Assembly: GCA_009701845.1 (NCBI GenBank)
Contig: WLJI01000001.1
Location: 1-53,876 of the forward strand
DNA from: Actinomycetota bacterium
Lineage (GTDB): Bacteria; Actinomycetota; Acidimicrobiia; Acidimicrobiales; Microtrichaceae
Length of the DNA stretch: 53,876 nucleotides
Direction of reading: 5' to 3'
Shown here: positions 16,817 to 26,745 of the stretch, piece after piece
How positions within the stretch are numbered: position 1 is the stretch's first letter
Layout: every line of letters begins with the position of its first letter
The notes under the pieces: generated by a model
Told to the model about the DNA's origin: nothing
Database searches by the model: none
The model's input: the letters and a program-made list of their open reading frames with translations, nothing else
Program-made: the position numbers and the translations under genes

Positions 16817-18529
16817 ATGGCATCAAGACATTTTTCTATTGAACAGGGTGCTGATGGCTCCGAATACGTGAAGGTTCACGCTCGGGGAGCCGAGGTGCTC
16901 AATAATCCGCAGATAAACCGTGGGCCGGGGTTTACGGTGCAAGAGCGCAGCGAACTTGGGCTGCATGGGATGCTGCCCACCGCAGTGGAGTCACTCGCGG
17001 AGCAAGTTCTACGCAGTTACTCCGAGTTTCTTGCACTTGAAACTGACATAGAAAAATGGGTGTTTCTCAGCGGTGTTCAAGATACCAACGAGGTGCTTTT
17101 TTACGCCTTACTTTGCGAGCACGTAGAAGAGATGCTTCCCATCGTGTACACACCAACTGTTGGGACCGCGATTGAACAATTTAGCCATATGTTTCGCCGC
17201 CCCCGAGGCGTCTACCTCAACGTCAAAGCCACCGAAGAGATCGATCGCGCTCTTGCTGCCACTGGCCTTGGCGCAGATGATGTTGATCTCATTGTTGCCT
17301 CTGACGCAGAGGCGATCTTGGGTATCGGAGATTGGGGAGTTGGCGGCGTAGACATCGCTATTGGAAAACTTGCTGTGTATACCGTGGCCGCAGGAATCGA
17401 CCCCACACGGGTGCTCGCCGTTGGCCTTGACGTGGGCACAAATCGCGAGGAGCTTCTGACCGACCCTCGGTACTTGGGCCTCAAGCATGCTCGGGTGCGT
17501 GGCGAGGAGTACGACAACTTCATCGATACGTATGTGGCAAGTGCCAGCAAGCGTTTCCCGAACGCCATTCTTCACTGGGAGGACTTTGCAGCGCCCCAAG
17601 CTCGCGGCATCCTTGCCCGTTACGGCAAGGAACTGTGCACCTTCGATGACGATATTCAAGGTACAGCGGCGGTGGGGTTGGCCTGTGCTCTCTCGGGTGT
17701 TCGAGTCTCGGGTGGCTCACTTACTGACCAACAGATTGTGATCTTTGGTGCAGGCTCTGCGGGGGTTGGCATTGCAGACCTGATTTGCTTAGCAATGCAA
17801 CAAGACGGCCTGAGTGCAAAACAGGCTGCCGGGCGGATTTACTTGATTGATCGACCGGGGCTGCTGACAAGCGAGATGGATAGCCTTCACAGCTATCAGG
17901 TGCCGTACGCAAAGGACCCTTCGACGGTTGAGTCATGGCGCTCGGATCAGGGCAAGCTCGGTTTGGCCGAGGTTGTAGCAAACCTGCACCCCACCATGTT
18001 GGTGGGCACCTCTGCCCAAACTGGTGCATTTACTCAAGCGATTATTGAGTCAATGCACGCTGGCTGTGAACGACCAATCGTTCTGCCAATGTCCAACCCC
18101 ACAGTCCTTGCGGAACAAACCCCGGCAAACATCTTGGCTTGGACCCAAGGGGCGGCATTAGTCGCCACGGGCAGCCCGTTCGATCCAGTCGAGCTTGATG
18201 GCACCAGGTACCGAATCGGCCAAGCGAACAACGCTTTGTTGTTTCCCGGCCTTGGGCTTGGAACCATTGTCTGCCGTGCCGCGACGATGTCTGAGGGAAT
18301 GTTCTTGGCGGGAGCCCGAGCGTTGGCGAGTTTGGCCGACCCGACTGACCCCACCAAGGGCTTGCTACCGCAGATCAGTCAATTGCGAGAAGTATCTGCA
18401 ACCGTCGCAGTGGCTGTGGCCGAGGCCGCCATTGCTGAAGGGCTTAACCGCGTTGCCGTAGAAAGCCCGATAGAGGCAGTCCAAGAAGCCATCTGGTCTC
18501 CGACGTACCTACCCATTCACGTCAAGTAG
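16817..18529 (+). CDS. maeA: NAD-dependent malic enzyme
   Basis: LPIVYTPTVG, ILGIGDWG, LDVGTN, WEDF, FDDDIQGT, GAGSAG, SNPT and QANN. Confidence 0.93.
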   Translation: MASRHFSIEQGADGSEYVKVHARGAEVLNNPQINRGPGFTVQERSELGLHGMLPTAVESLAEQVLRSYSEFLALETDIEKWVFLSGVQDTNEVLFYALLCEHVEEMLPIVYTPTVGTAIEQFSHMFRRPRGVYLNVKATEEIDRALAATGLGADDVDLIVASDAEAILGIGDWGVGGVDIAIGKLAVYTVAAGIDPTRVLAVGLDVGTNREELLTDPRYLGLKHARVRGEEYDNFIDTYVASASKRFPNAILHWEDFAAPQARGILARYGKELCTFDDDIQGTAAVGLACALSGVRVSGGSLTDQQIVIFGAGSAGVGIADLICLAMQQDGLSAKQAAGRIYLIDRPGLLTSEMDSLHSYQVPYAKDPSTVESWRSDQGKLGLAEVVANLHPTMLVGTSAQTGAFTQAIIESMHAGCERPIVLPMSNPTVLAEQTPANILAWTQGAALVATGSPFDPVELDGTRYRIGQANNALLFPGLGLGTIVCRAATMSEGMFLAGARALASLADPTDPTKGLLPQISQLREVSATVAVAVAEAAIAEGLNRVAVESPIEAVQEAIWSPTYLPIHVK

Positions 18530-19493
18530 CGCCAAATTGCAGTTCGGTGACCGAGCGATACTCGTCTCTCGGCATGAGCACCGCTGACCCAAATTCTGGG
18601 TGATTCGGCGTATCTGGAAACAACTGCGTTTCTAAGCACAGCGCACCGAACTTGTTGAACGGCGAGCCAAGACCATTCCCTGTATAGAGCTGAAGGGCGG
18701 GCTGATCAGTCTGAACAGACATAAAGCGGCCGCTGCGCTCTGAATCAACCAATGCAGCCCAGCGCAACTGGCCTGCACCACCGTCGAGTTTGTAGCAGTG
18801 ATCAAAGCCTGATGGCCTACGACTGAGCGCATCGCCCAACAAGGTGCGCTGGCGGAAATCGAATGGGGTGTCCTGCACAAACTGCAGCCCATCAGTAGGA
18901 ATCCCATCATCACCCACAGGAAGCACCTGGCCTGCGCCAAGAGTCAGGGCATGTCCCAAGATGCTCGCACTTCCGTCGAGGTTCCAATAGCCGTGATTCG
19001 TCAAGTTGACCACGGTGGGCGCATCAGTAGTGGCCGTATACAAAATCTTCAGGGTGTCGTTGACTAGCTCATACGTGGCCAGAACACTCAGGTTGCCAGC
19101 GAAGCCTTGGTCGCCGTCGGCACTGTTCAATGCGAATGTCACCTTCGCTCCCTGTGGGGTTTGTTCTTGGGTCCGAACCTGCCAGAGGCAACGAGCGAAC
19201 CCCTTGGGGCCGCCGTGCAACTGATTTGGGCCTTCATTCGCGGCAAGAACGACCTCCCTGCCGTCAAGATCAAATCTTGCTCCCGCAATGCGATTGGCAT
19301 ACCTGCCCACAGAGGCACCTAGGTAGGGATTCAGCTGGTTGTCTGCGTAGTCCTCAACGGCGTCAAGAGAGAGATGAATTGGGCCGAAAACACCGTCTCT
19401 GTCACGCGTCTCTACGCCCTTGATCGACGCCCCGTAGGACAACAAACTGACTCGCACATCGTTGCTGTGAAGCTCAAGTTTTTCGATTCTCAT
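18522..19493 (-). CDS. galM: Aldose 1-epimerase (galactose mutarotase)
   Basis: GRYANRI, LHGG, NLTNHGYWNL, FDHCY, QLYTGN and CLETQ. Confidence 0.94.
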   Translation of the reverse strand: MRIEKLELHSNDVRVSLLSYGASIKGVETRDRDGVFGPIHLSLDAVEDYADNQLNPYLGASVGRYANRIAGARFDLDGREVVLAANEGPNQLHGGPKGFARCLWQVRTQEQTPQGAKVTFALNSADGDQGFAGNLSVLATYELVNDTLKILYTATTDAPTVVNLTNHGYWNLDGSASILGHALTLGAGQVLPVGDDGIPTDGLQFVQDTPFDFRQRTLLGDALSRRPSGFDHCYKLDGGAGQLRWAALVDSERSGRFMSVQTDQPALQLYTGNGLGSPFNKFGALCLETQLFPDTPNHPEFGSAVLMPRDEYRSVTELQFGAT

Positions 19494-19542
19494 ACTGCTC
19501 TCGGCTGCTAGGTTGACCCTCGACCCTGATGATAGGCACTTG

Positions 19543-20952
19543 ATGACTACAGAGATGCTCCATCGAATTCAGTTTGGCCTGACGGTGAGCTTCCACTTCA
19601 TCTTTCCTCCCATGTCATTGGGGGTTGGGCTGATCCTCATTATCTTTGGTGTGAAATCCGTGCGCACCAAAGACCCAAAGTGGCGCCAGCTCTCGATGTT
19701 CTGGGTCAAGATCTACGGCCTGATTTTTTCCATGGGGATTGCAACGGGCATCGTTCAAGAGTTTGAGTTCGGCACCAACTGGGCTGCCTACTCGCGATTC
19801 GTAGGAAACATTTTTGGCAGCCTGCTAGCGGCGGAAGGCATCTTTGCTTTCATGCTCGAGGGCGGGTTCCTCGGCCTGATGCTGTTCGGTGGAACCAAGC
19901 TGGGCAACAAAATGTGGCTGTTTGCCACCACGATGGTTGTGGCAGGCGCAACATTTAGCGCCACTTGGATCGTGATGGCGAACTCGTGGATGCAAACCCC
20001 GCAGGGCTACGAGATCAAAGACGTTGGCAACGGGGACCAGGCCTTTATGACCAGCTTCCGCGAAGTGGTCTTCACACCCTCGTTTGGACCGCGAATTTTG
20101 CACCTGATAGCCGCCTCTTGGATGGTTGGCACATCGCTCGTTCTGAGCGTGGCTGCGTACTACCTGATCAAGAAACGCCACGTTGAGCTAGCAAAGACCA
20201 TGATCCGCGTAGCGCTTCCAATCTTTACTGTGCTCGCAGTGCTACAGGTGGTGTTGTTCGGGGCGAATCAAGCAATAGAGGTCACCAACGAACAACCCGA
20301 GAAGTTAGCTGCAATGGAGGGACTGTATAAGTCCACAACCTGCGCACCGATGTACATCATTGGCTGGACGGATCCAGATAATGAGACAACCACCGGCTTA
20401 TCAATCCCATGCATGCTGAGCATTCTCAGCTACCAAAGCCCGCAGGCCAAAGTGACAGGCCTTGAAGCCTTCCCCAAGGACGAATGGGCCAATGCCAGCG
20501 TGGTGTTTCAGGTGTATCACTTGATGATTGACCTAGGCATGCTCTTCATTGCAATAGGAGGCCTCGCCTGCCTGTTGTGGGTCTGGAAGCGCAAGCTCTG
20601 GGATCAACGCTGGATGCTTTGGGTGCTGGTCTCATCCATCGTGCTGACAGAACTTGCAACACTGTCGGGTTGGTGGACTGCCGAGTTTGGCAGACAACCT
20701 TGGATTGTTTGGCAGATACTCAAGACAGATGGAGCACAGTCGCCCAACGTGAGCTTCTCTCAGGTTGCGTTCTCTATCGGCATGTTCGTGGTGCTGTACG
20801 CAATCGTCTTTACGATGTTTCTGAGCTTGTTGAACAGGATGATTAAAGAGGGACCGAAGCCACCCGACGAAGAAGGGTTCAGCGACTCGCTTCCCGATTC
20901 CTTCGGAGAGATCTTTAGGCACCGTTCGCGTGTCTCTAGCGGAGGTGACTGA
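19543..20952 (+). CDS. cydA: Cytochrome bd ubiquinol oxidase subunit I
   Basis: RIQFG..FHFIF, EFEFGTNW, LAAEG, ANSWMQTP, QPEKLAAMEG and EFGRQPW. Confidence 0.97.
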   Translation: MTTEMLHRIQFGLTVSFHFIFPPMSLGVGLILIIFGVKSVRTKDPKWRQLSMFWVKIYGLIFSMGIATGIVQEFEFGTNWAAYSRFVGNIFGSLLAAEGIFAFMLEGGFLGLMLFGGTKLGNKMWLFATTMVVAGATFSATWIVMANSWMQTPQGYEIKDVGNGDQAFMTSFREVVFTPSFGPRILHLIAASWMVGTSLVLSVAAYYLIKKRHVELAKTMIRVALPIFTVLAVLQVVLFGANQAIEVTNEQPEKLAAMEGLYKSTTCAPMYIIGWTDPDNETTTGLSIPCMLSILSYQSPQAKVTGLEAFPKDEWANASVVFQVYHLMIDLGMLFIAIGGLACLLWVWKRKLWDQRWMLWVLVSSIVLTELATLSGWWTAEFGRQPWIVWQILKTDGAQSPNVSFSQVAFSIGMFVVLYAIVFTMFLSLLNRMIKEGPKPPDEEGFSDSLPDSFGEIFRHRSRVSSGGD

Positions 20953-20953
20953 T

Positions 20954-21973
20954 ATGTGGCTGAATACCACTTGGTTTGTTCTCTACGTTGTCATCATCGC
21001 TGGGTACGTCATCCTTGACGGGTTCGATCTGGGAGTTGGCATGTTGTCGCCGTTCCTCAGTCGCGACGACACAGACAAGCGCATCTTGTTGAACTCTATT
21101 GGCCCAGTCTGGGATGGCAACGAGGTTTGGCTCGTGCTCGGAGGCGGCGCTCTGTTTGCTGCGTTCCCCTTGGTCTATGCCTCGCTCTTTTCTGGTTTCT
21201 ACACAGCGATGATGCTGGTGTTGTTCGTTCTTATTCTGCGAACGGTTGCCATTGAGTTCCGCTCAAAACGTCAGAGTGCCCGCTGGCGGGCCTTGTGGGA
21301 CTGGGTGTTCTTTGGGTCCTCCTTTGGGATCACCTTGCTGCTCGGAGTTGCTCTTGGCAACGTGATCCAAGGAGTAGCACTCGACCAAGACGGCAATATG
21401 AGTGTCAACCTGGTGGACCTGCTCAACCCGTATTCCATTGCAGTGGGAGTAGCTGCTGTGGCCATGCTGTGCCTGCACGGTGCAATTTTTCTGACTCAAA
21501 AAGTCGAGGGCGAACTGCTCGAAAGAGTCACCAAACTCATTCCCAAACTCATGGCAGTGTTCTTTACCCTCATGACCCTCTTGATTGCATGGACCTTGTT
21601 TCTTGACGAGGAGATCACCACCAATTACCGAGATCGCCTCTGGATTGGAATATTCCCGCTCCTAGGTTTGCTCGCCGTGCTCGCTAGCTGGCGGTTCATC
21701 TCTCAGAAGCAATACCTGAGTGGGTTCGTTTCATCTGCTTGCATGATTGCGCTGCTTCTCGCAACCGTGGCTGCGGGGATGTACCCCGTGTTGATCCCCT
21801 CTTCAACCAACCCCGCCTATGACCTGACGGTCACCAATGCAGCTAGCGCGTCAGAGACACTGACAGTGATGCTGGTGATTGCAGTCATCGGGATGCCCTT
21901 TGTGCTGATGTACACCGCAGGGGTGTACTTCTTCTTCCGCGGAAAAGTACGACTGGACGAAGAAAGCTACTAA
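20954..21973 (+). CDS. cydB: Cytochrome bd oxidase subunit II
   Basis: LDGFDLGVG, IGPVWDGNEVWL and LRTVAIEFR. RBS ggagg. Confidence 0.97.
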   Translation: MWLNTTWFVLYVVIIAGYVILDGFDLGVGMLSPFLSRDDTDKRILLNSIGPVWDGNEVWLVLGGGALFAAFPLVYASLFSGFYTAMMLVLFVLILRTVAIEFRSKRQSARWRALWDWVFFGSSFGITLLLGVALGNVIQGVALDQDGNMSVNLVDLLNPYSIAVGVAAVAMLCLHGAIFLTQKVEGELLERVTKLIPKLMAVFFTLMTLLIAWTLFLDEEITTNYRDRLWIGIFPLLGLLAVLASWRFISQKQYLSGFVSSACMIALLLATVAAGMYPVLIPSSTNPAYDLTVTNAASASETLTVMLVIAVIGMPFVLMYTAGVYFFFRGKVRLDEESY

Positions 21974-22009
21974 TCGCCGTTTCGGTGATCGGCGGGAACC
22001 TTCACAGTT

Positions 22010-23764
22010 ATGTGGCCACGCTCCTTATTTGCAGAGCATCCGCTCGTTCGGCGGTGGGTGATCGTCTCCGTCCTTTGCGGTACGGCTGCTGCAGCCATTC
22101 TTGTTGCGTGGACCATCCTGTTGGCAGGTGTCATCAACGACGGATTTATTCAAAAGCAATCGTTCGGCGATGTACTCCCCCTGCTGGAGTTGATGGCAGT
22201 ACTGCTCCTGCTACGCGCCGCATGCATCTGGCTTGCCGAGATCAGTTCGCAACGAGCGAGCGGCCTTCTTCGATCACAGATTCGCTCAGACACCTTGGCC
22301 CATCTTGTACGTGTTGGGCCTGCGGGTCTGAGCAACGAGCGCACTGCCGAGATCACCACAACGCTTGGTCAAGGTATTGATTCCCTTGACCCGTATCTCA
22401 GCCGCTTCCTTCCCGCCGCGGCGCTCTCTGCAATCGTTCCGGCAGGGGTCTTTGTAACCATTGGGATACTTGACCCTTGGACCACGCTCATCTTGTTGTT
22501 CACGGGCCCGATGCTGATTCTTCTGCTCGCGGTGATCGGAAGGCGGACTCGGTCGCTCACGGAGCAGCGCTTTGAGCAGCTGGGGTGGTTGAGTTCGTTC
22601 TACCTAGACATGATTCAAGGTCTCGCAACGCTCAAGGCCTTTGGACGGGCAGAGGAGGGCGCAGAGATGGTGGAGCAGGTGAGTCGACGCTACGGCGAGG
22701 CCACCATGGACGTGCTGCGCACTGCGTTTCAGACCTCGCTCATGATGGAATGGGCAGCCACAGCGGCCACGGCGCTCGTTGCTGTGCAAATTAGCTTTCG
22801 CCTGATTCGCGGCGACCTGAGCTTTGATCTAGCCCTAGCGGTGCTCATGCTGACGCCGGAGTTCTTTGCCCCGCTGCGACGCCTTGCCATTGAGTACCAC
22901 GCTGGCCAAGAAGGAAACACCGCCTTGGAACGAATCGCAGAAATCACTGCGATACCAACCCAGAGGTTGGCGAACCCATCGACCGAGACCCCAGCTGCCG
23001 AGACCCCAGCAACCGAGGACCGCTCAACCAGCCAAATCAAGAGTCTTGAATCCGGTGCAGTTCAGTTCGGCGCTGTTCAGTCCGGTGCTGCTCAGTTCGG
23101 CGCTGTTCAGTTCGACAGTGTTGGCTTTACGTACCCCGAAGCCAACTCGGCGGCGCTTGAGCAGGTGAGTTTTGAAATCCGGCACGGCGAGACCGTTGCG
23201 TTGGTAGGCCCGAGTGGTGCAGGCAAATCCACGTTGGCAAAACTGCTGATGCAGTTCATGCAGCCCGACCAGGGTCAGATTTGTAGAGACGGCATACCAA
23301 TACAGCGCATCGAACACAGCGAGTGGCGACGGGTGATCTCATGGGTGCCTCAGCAACCTGCTGTGTTTGCCGGAACGGTCGCAGAAAATATTGCTCTTGG
23401 CAAACCGGGGTCATCACTGACGCAGATTCGTAAAGCTGCGCGAGTGGCCTGCGCTGAAGAGTTTATTGATGCCCTGCCAGAGGGGTTCAACACACTTCTC
23501 GGAGAGAACGGACTGCGACTCAGCGGAGGCCAACGACAACGCCTTGCCATTGCCCGTGCGGCAATCATGAATACGCCGCTGGTGCTGCTTGATGAGTTCA
23601 CTGCACATCTCGATGAAGAAACCGAGGCCCAGGTTGTTTCCGCGATGGCTTCCCTGATGCAGGGCCGGACTGCGTTAGTCATTGCGCACAGGGCTGCGAC
23701 GATCGCGTCTGCAGATCGAATTGTGAACCTTGAAGCGGGCCATGTGATCGAGGCCACGCGATGA
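22010..23764 (+). CDS. cydD: ABC exporter CydD
   Basis: TMD plus NBD (GPSGAGKST, LSGGQRQR, LLDEFTAHLD), TMDVLRTAF and PEFFAPLR motifs; follows cydAB. Confidence 0.93.
   Translation: MWPRSLFAEHPLVRRWVIVSVLCGTAAAAILVAWTILLAGVINDGFIQKQSFGDVLPLLELMAVLLLLRAACIWLAEISSQRASGLLRSQIRSDTLAHLVRVGPAGLSNERTAEITTTLGQGIDSLDPYLSRFLPAAALSAIVPAGVFVTIGILDPWTTLILLFTGPMLILLLAVIGRRTRSLTEQRFEQLGWLSSFYLDMIQGLATLKAFGRAEEGAEMVEQVSRRYGEATMDVLRTAFQTSLMMEWAATAATALVAVQISFRLIRGDLSFDLALAVLMLTPEFFAPLRRLAIEYHAGQEGNTALERIAEITAIPTQRLANPSTETPAAETPATEDRSTSQIKSLESGAVQFGAVQSGAAQFGAVQFDSVGFTYPEANSAALEQVSFEIRHGETVALVGPSGAGKSTLAKLLMQFMQPDQGQICRDGIPIQRIEHSEWRRVISWVPQQPAVFAGTVAENIALGKPGSSLTQIRKAARVACAEEFIDALPEGFNTLLGENGLRLSGGQRQRLAIARAAIMNTPLVLLDEFTAHLDEETEAQVVSAMASLMQGRTALVIAHRAATIASADRIVNLEAGHVIEATR
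23051..23114. repeat. 15-bp tandem repeat x4 (30-bp higher order) in the CydD linker, encoding (GAVQF/S)n
   Basis: tccggtgcagttcag / ttcggcgctgttcag / tccggtgctgctcag / ttcggcgctgttcag. Confidence 0.85.
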
Positions 23765-25482
23765 CCCCGAGTACAACTGCCAAGCCTGGCGCTAGAAACA
23801 TCTCAAGAATCGTTCGATCAGTTGGCAGCTACCGCTGGTGGGTGACAGCAACTGCGCTGCTCAGCTTTATCACTCTCGGGGCTGGCATTGGGCTGCTTGC
23901 GATGTCGGCTTTTCTGATCTCGAAGTCGGCCCTAGTCGACAGCACAATCACGCTGGCGCTGACCATTCTGGGTGTGCGGGTGTTTGCTATGACTCGTGCC
24001 GTATCTCGTTATGCAGAGCGCTATGTAGGGCACCTTGGCACCTTCAAGATTCTGACCAGAATCCGAATCTGGTTCTTCCGGGGCATGGAACCGCTCGCTC
24101 CGGCAGTTCTTAGTGAGCATCGCAGCGGAGACCTGCTGACGCGAATCCTGAGCGACATCGACACCCTGCAAGACCTCTATCTGCGAGTGCTTGTTCCGCC
24201 GCTGGCAGCGGCCTTAGCAGTTGGCCTGGGATGCATTCTGCTTGCCGGCTTTAGCCCCTGGTTGGGCGGTGCGCTCTTTATCTTTGTTTGCCTCTGTGGA
24301 ATTGCCATCCCGCTTGCCATGCAGAGTCTCACCCGCAGTTCCTCGAGCAGCCTGGTACAGGACCAAGCCAACCTCAATGCAACACTCGTCGAGGGCATCA
24401 CGGGCATCGCCGACCTAGTTGCATTTGGCCGACAAGACTTACTGCAGGGTCGAGCCGGGCACATCACCGCAGCGCAACAGCCCGCACGCAAACAACTTGC
24501 GCACGCCCGCGGAATCGCCGCTGGCCTCACTGCATTACTCGTGGGTCTTGCTGCTTTGACCGTGTTGGGGTTTGGGGTTTCGCTGCTCAGCGCTGGGTCC
24601 CTTGACGGGGTGTATCTAGCAATCTTGCCGCTAGTCGCAATCGCAACCTTCGAAGCAGTGGGCCCACTCAGCGCCGCCTATGAACACCTTGATAAAAGCC
24701 GAGCTGCTGCGACTCGACTTGTAGACCTCGTGGATACAACTCCAACTGTGCTGCAGCCGCCGCAGCCGGCTGTTCTGAAACTTGAAAAGCGCGGCTCGCC
24801 CCCACGGGATGTGGCTGATCTGAGTATCGCCAATCTGAGCTTTCGCTATAGCCAACACGGCCCGCTTGTGTTGAAGAACGCTCACCTAGAGATCCCAGCG
24901 GGAAGCTTTGTTGTCGTGACTGGGGCAAGCGGTTCTGGCAAGTCCACCTTGGCACATCTGTTGCTGCGCTTCTGGGAGTACTCGCAGGGTTCAATACAGC
25001 TCAGCGGATCCGAGCTGAACCTGTTAGATCTCGACCAAGCGCGCTCTGCCGTTGCTTTGGTTGCGCAGCATGACCACTTGTTCGACACCACCCTCAGAGA
25101 CAATCTGCTACTTGGTGACTCACGTGCTGATGACCAACGATTACTCCTAGCCTGCGATGCAGTGTGCCTTGGAGACTGGATCCAAGGCCTTGCAGCAGGA
25201 CTCGACGAACGCGCTGGCGAGAACGGCAACCGGCTGAGCGGTGGCGAGCGTCAGCGACTGATGATTGCTCGCGCACTGCTCACCGAGGCTCCGATTTTGA
25301 TTCTTGATGAAGCAACCGAGCATCTCGATGCAAAGATGCAACTCAAGGTGCTCGATGGGGTTTTGAACTGGCGATCAGGCCTCACCACAATTCTGATCAC
25401 GCACGAGTCCCCCCTGACTTCGAACATAGACATGCACCTGCACTGTAAAGATGGAAGCTTCAGCGAAGTCCGAGTTGAGTGA
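23761..25482 (+). CDS. cydC: ABC exporter CydC
   Basis: GVRVFAMTRAVSRYAERYVGH, GDLLTR, GASGSGKST and LSGGERQR. ATGA overlap with cydD. Confidence 0.93.
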   Translation: MTPSTTAKPGARNISRIVRSVGSYRWWVTATALLSFITLGAGIGLLAMSAFLISKSALVDSTITLALTILGVRVFAMTRAVSRYAERYVGHLGTFKILTRIRIWFFRGMEPLAPAVLSEHRSGDLLTRILSDIDTLQDLYLRVLVPPLAAALAVGLGCILLAGFSPWLGGALFIFVCLCGIAIPLAMQSLTRSSSSSLVQDQANLNATLVEGITGIADLVAFGRQDLLQGRAGHITAAQQPARKQLAHARGIAAGLTALLVGLAALTVLGFGVSLLSAGSLDGVYLAILPLVAIATFEAVGPLSAAYEHLDKSRAAATRLVDLVDTTPTVLQPPQPAVLKLEKRGSPPRDVADLSIANLSFRYSQHGPLVLKNAHLEIPAGSFVVVTGASGSGKSTLAHLLLRFWEYSQGSIQLSGSELNLLDLDQARSAVALVAQHDHLFDTTLRDNLLLGDSRADDQRLLLACDAVCLGDWIQGLAAGLDERAGENGNRLSGGERQRLMIARALLTEAPILILDEATEHLDAKMQLKVLDGVLNWRSGLTTILITHESPLTSNIDMHLHCKDGSFSEVRVE

Positions 25483-25554
25483 CGTGAGATTTAGGGGATT
25501 CAGATTGAGGGAACTCACTAGGGCAATCGGCTACTGCTTCTTGGCGGGGCACAC

Positions 25555-26745
25555 ATGACTGGCTTTGTGCCGCGTTCTGGCGAAAGTTGGCGTGATCCGT
25601 TCAGCATGTACGCCGACCTACGTACGAACGATCCCGCGCATCATGTACTCGAAGGCAACTACTGGGTGCTCTCGCGCCATGCTGATGTCATTGAAGCAGC
25701 GCGAGATACCGAGACCTTCTCATCCGCTCAAGGCCTGACCTTTACCTACGACGACGTGGCCTCGGTGGGACTCGATCAGATTGCACCGATGGTGTTCTTG
25801 GATCCACCCGATCACACCGAGTTTCGACGCCTTGTGGCCCGCGGCTTTACGCCAAGGCAAGTCAGCAGCATTGAGCCAGAGGTACGCGAGTTTGTGATCT
25901 CACGCATTGAAGCATCCTGCGTGAGCGGCCGAGTCGACATCGTGAGTGAACTACTCAAACCGCTTCCCACGATGGTGGTCGGACACTATTTGGGAGTGCC
26001 TGTTGAAGACCGCAGCCGCTTCGATAGCTGGGTCGAACAGATTGTGGGTGCTAGCGCTACGGGCAACATTTTGGATGCAATAGACACCGTGTCTCAGGTC
26101 ATTGAGTACTTCAGTGCGCTCGTTGAGGATCGTCGACTAAACCCCGGAGACGATGTGATCTCTGAGCTTGTTCAAGCAGGAGATGGCGCGGCAGTAGACC
26201 CTATGCGCATCCTTGGTTTTGCCTTCACCATGATGACTGGCGGGAATGACACATCTACGGGGATGCTCGGCACCGGCCTTGACCTGCTGTCTCAGCACCC
26301 CGATCAGTGGCGCCTGTTAGTAGATCAGCCAGAGTTGATTCCGAATGCAGTCACCGAGCTTCTCCGTCTCAGCAGCCCGGTGCAGGGCCTTGCTCGTACC
26401 ACCACCCGTGCGGTCGAACTGCACGGCAAGGTGATTCCGCCAAACACCAAAGTCATGCTTCTGTATGCCTCGGCAAATCGCGATCCACTGCATTTCGGAC
26501 CAACGGCTGGCGAGCTTGATGTCACACGCCACCCCGGGCAGATTCTGACCTTTGGCCACGGCGCTCATTATTGCCTTGGCGCAGCGGCAGCCCGCCTGAT
26601 GGGGCGCGTCGTGCTCGAGGAACTCGCGTCTCGGTGCCCACATTTTTCTGTGGACTCCAACAACGGAACATTCTCAGCCGGCAACTTCGTACGCTGGTTC
26701 GATTCGCTGCCCTTCGATCCCGGCCTACGCCGCAGCGACACCTAG
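25555..26745 (+). CDS. Cytochrome P450 (CYP130-like)
   Basis: DPPDHT, I-helix GGNDT, ELLR (ExxR) and heme motif FGHGAHYCLG. Confidence 0.93.
   Translation: MTGFVPRSGESWRDPFSMYADLRTNDPAHHVLEGNYWVLSRHADVIEAARDTETFSSAQGLTFTYDDVASVGLDQIAPMVFLDPPDHTEFRRLVARGFTPRQVSSIEPEVREFVISRIEASCVSGRVDIVSELLKPLPTMVVGHYLGVPVEDRSRFDSWVEQIVGASATGNILDAIDTVSQVIEYFSALVEDRRLNPGDDVISELVQAGDGAAVDPMRILGFAFTMMTGGNDTSTGMLGTGLDLLSQHPDQWRLLVDQPELIPNAVTELLRLSSPVQGLARTTTRAVELHGKVIPPNTKVMLLYASANRDPLHFGPTAGELDVTRHPGQILTFGHGAHYCLGAAAARLMGRVVLEELASRCPHFSVDSNNGTFSAGNFVRWFDSLPFDPGLRRSDT

Noticed and set aside
19543-25482. cydABDC as a novel system
   Set aside because: This is the canonical actinobacterial cytochrome bd operon.
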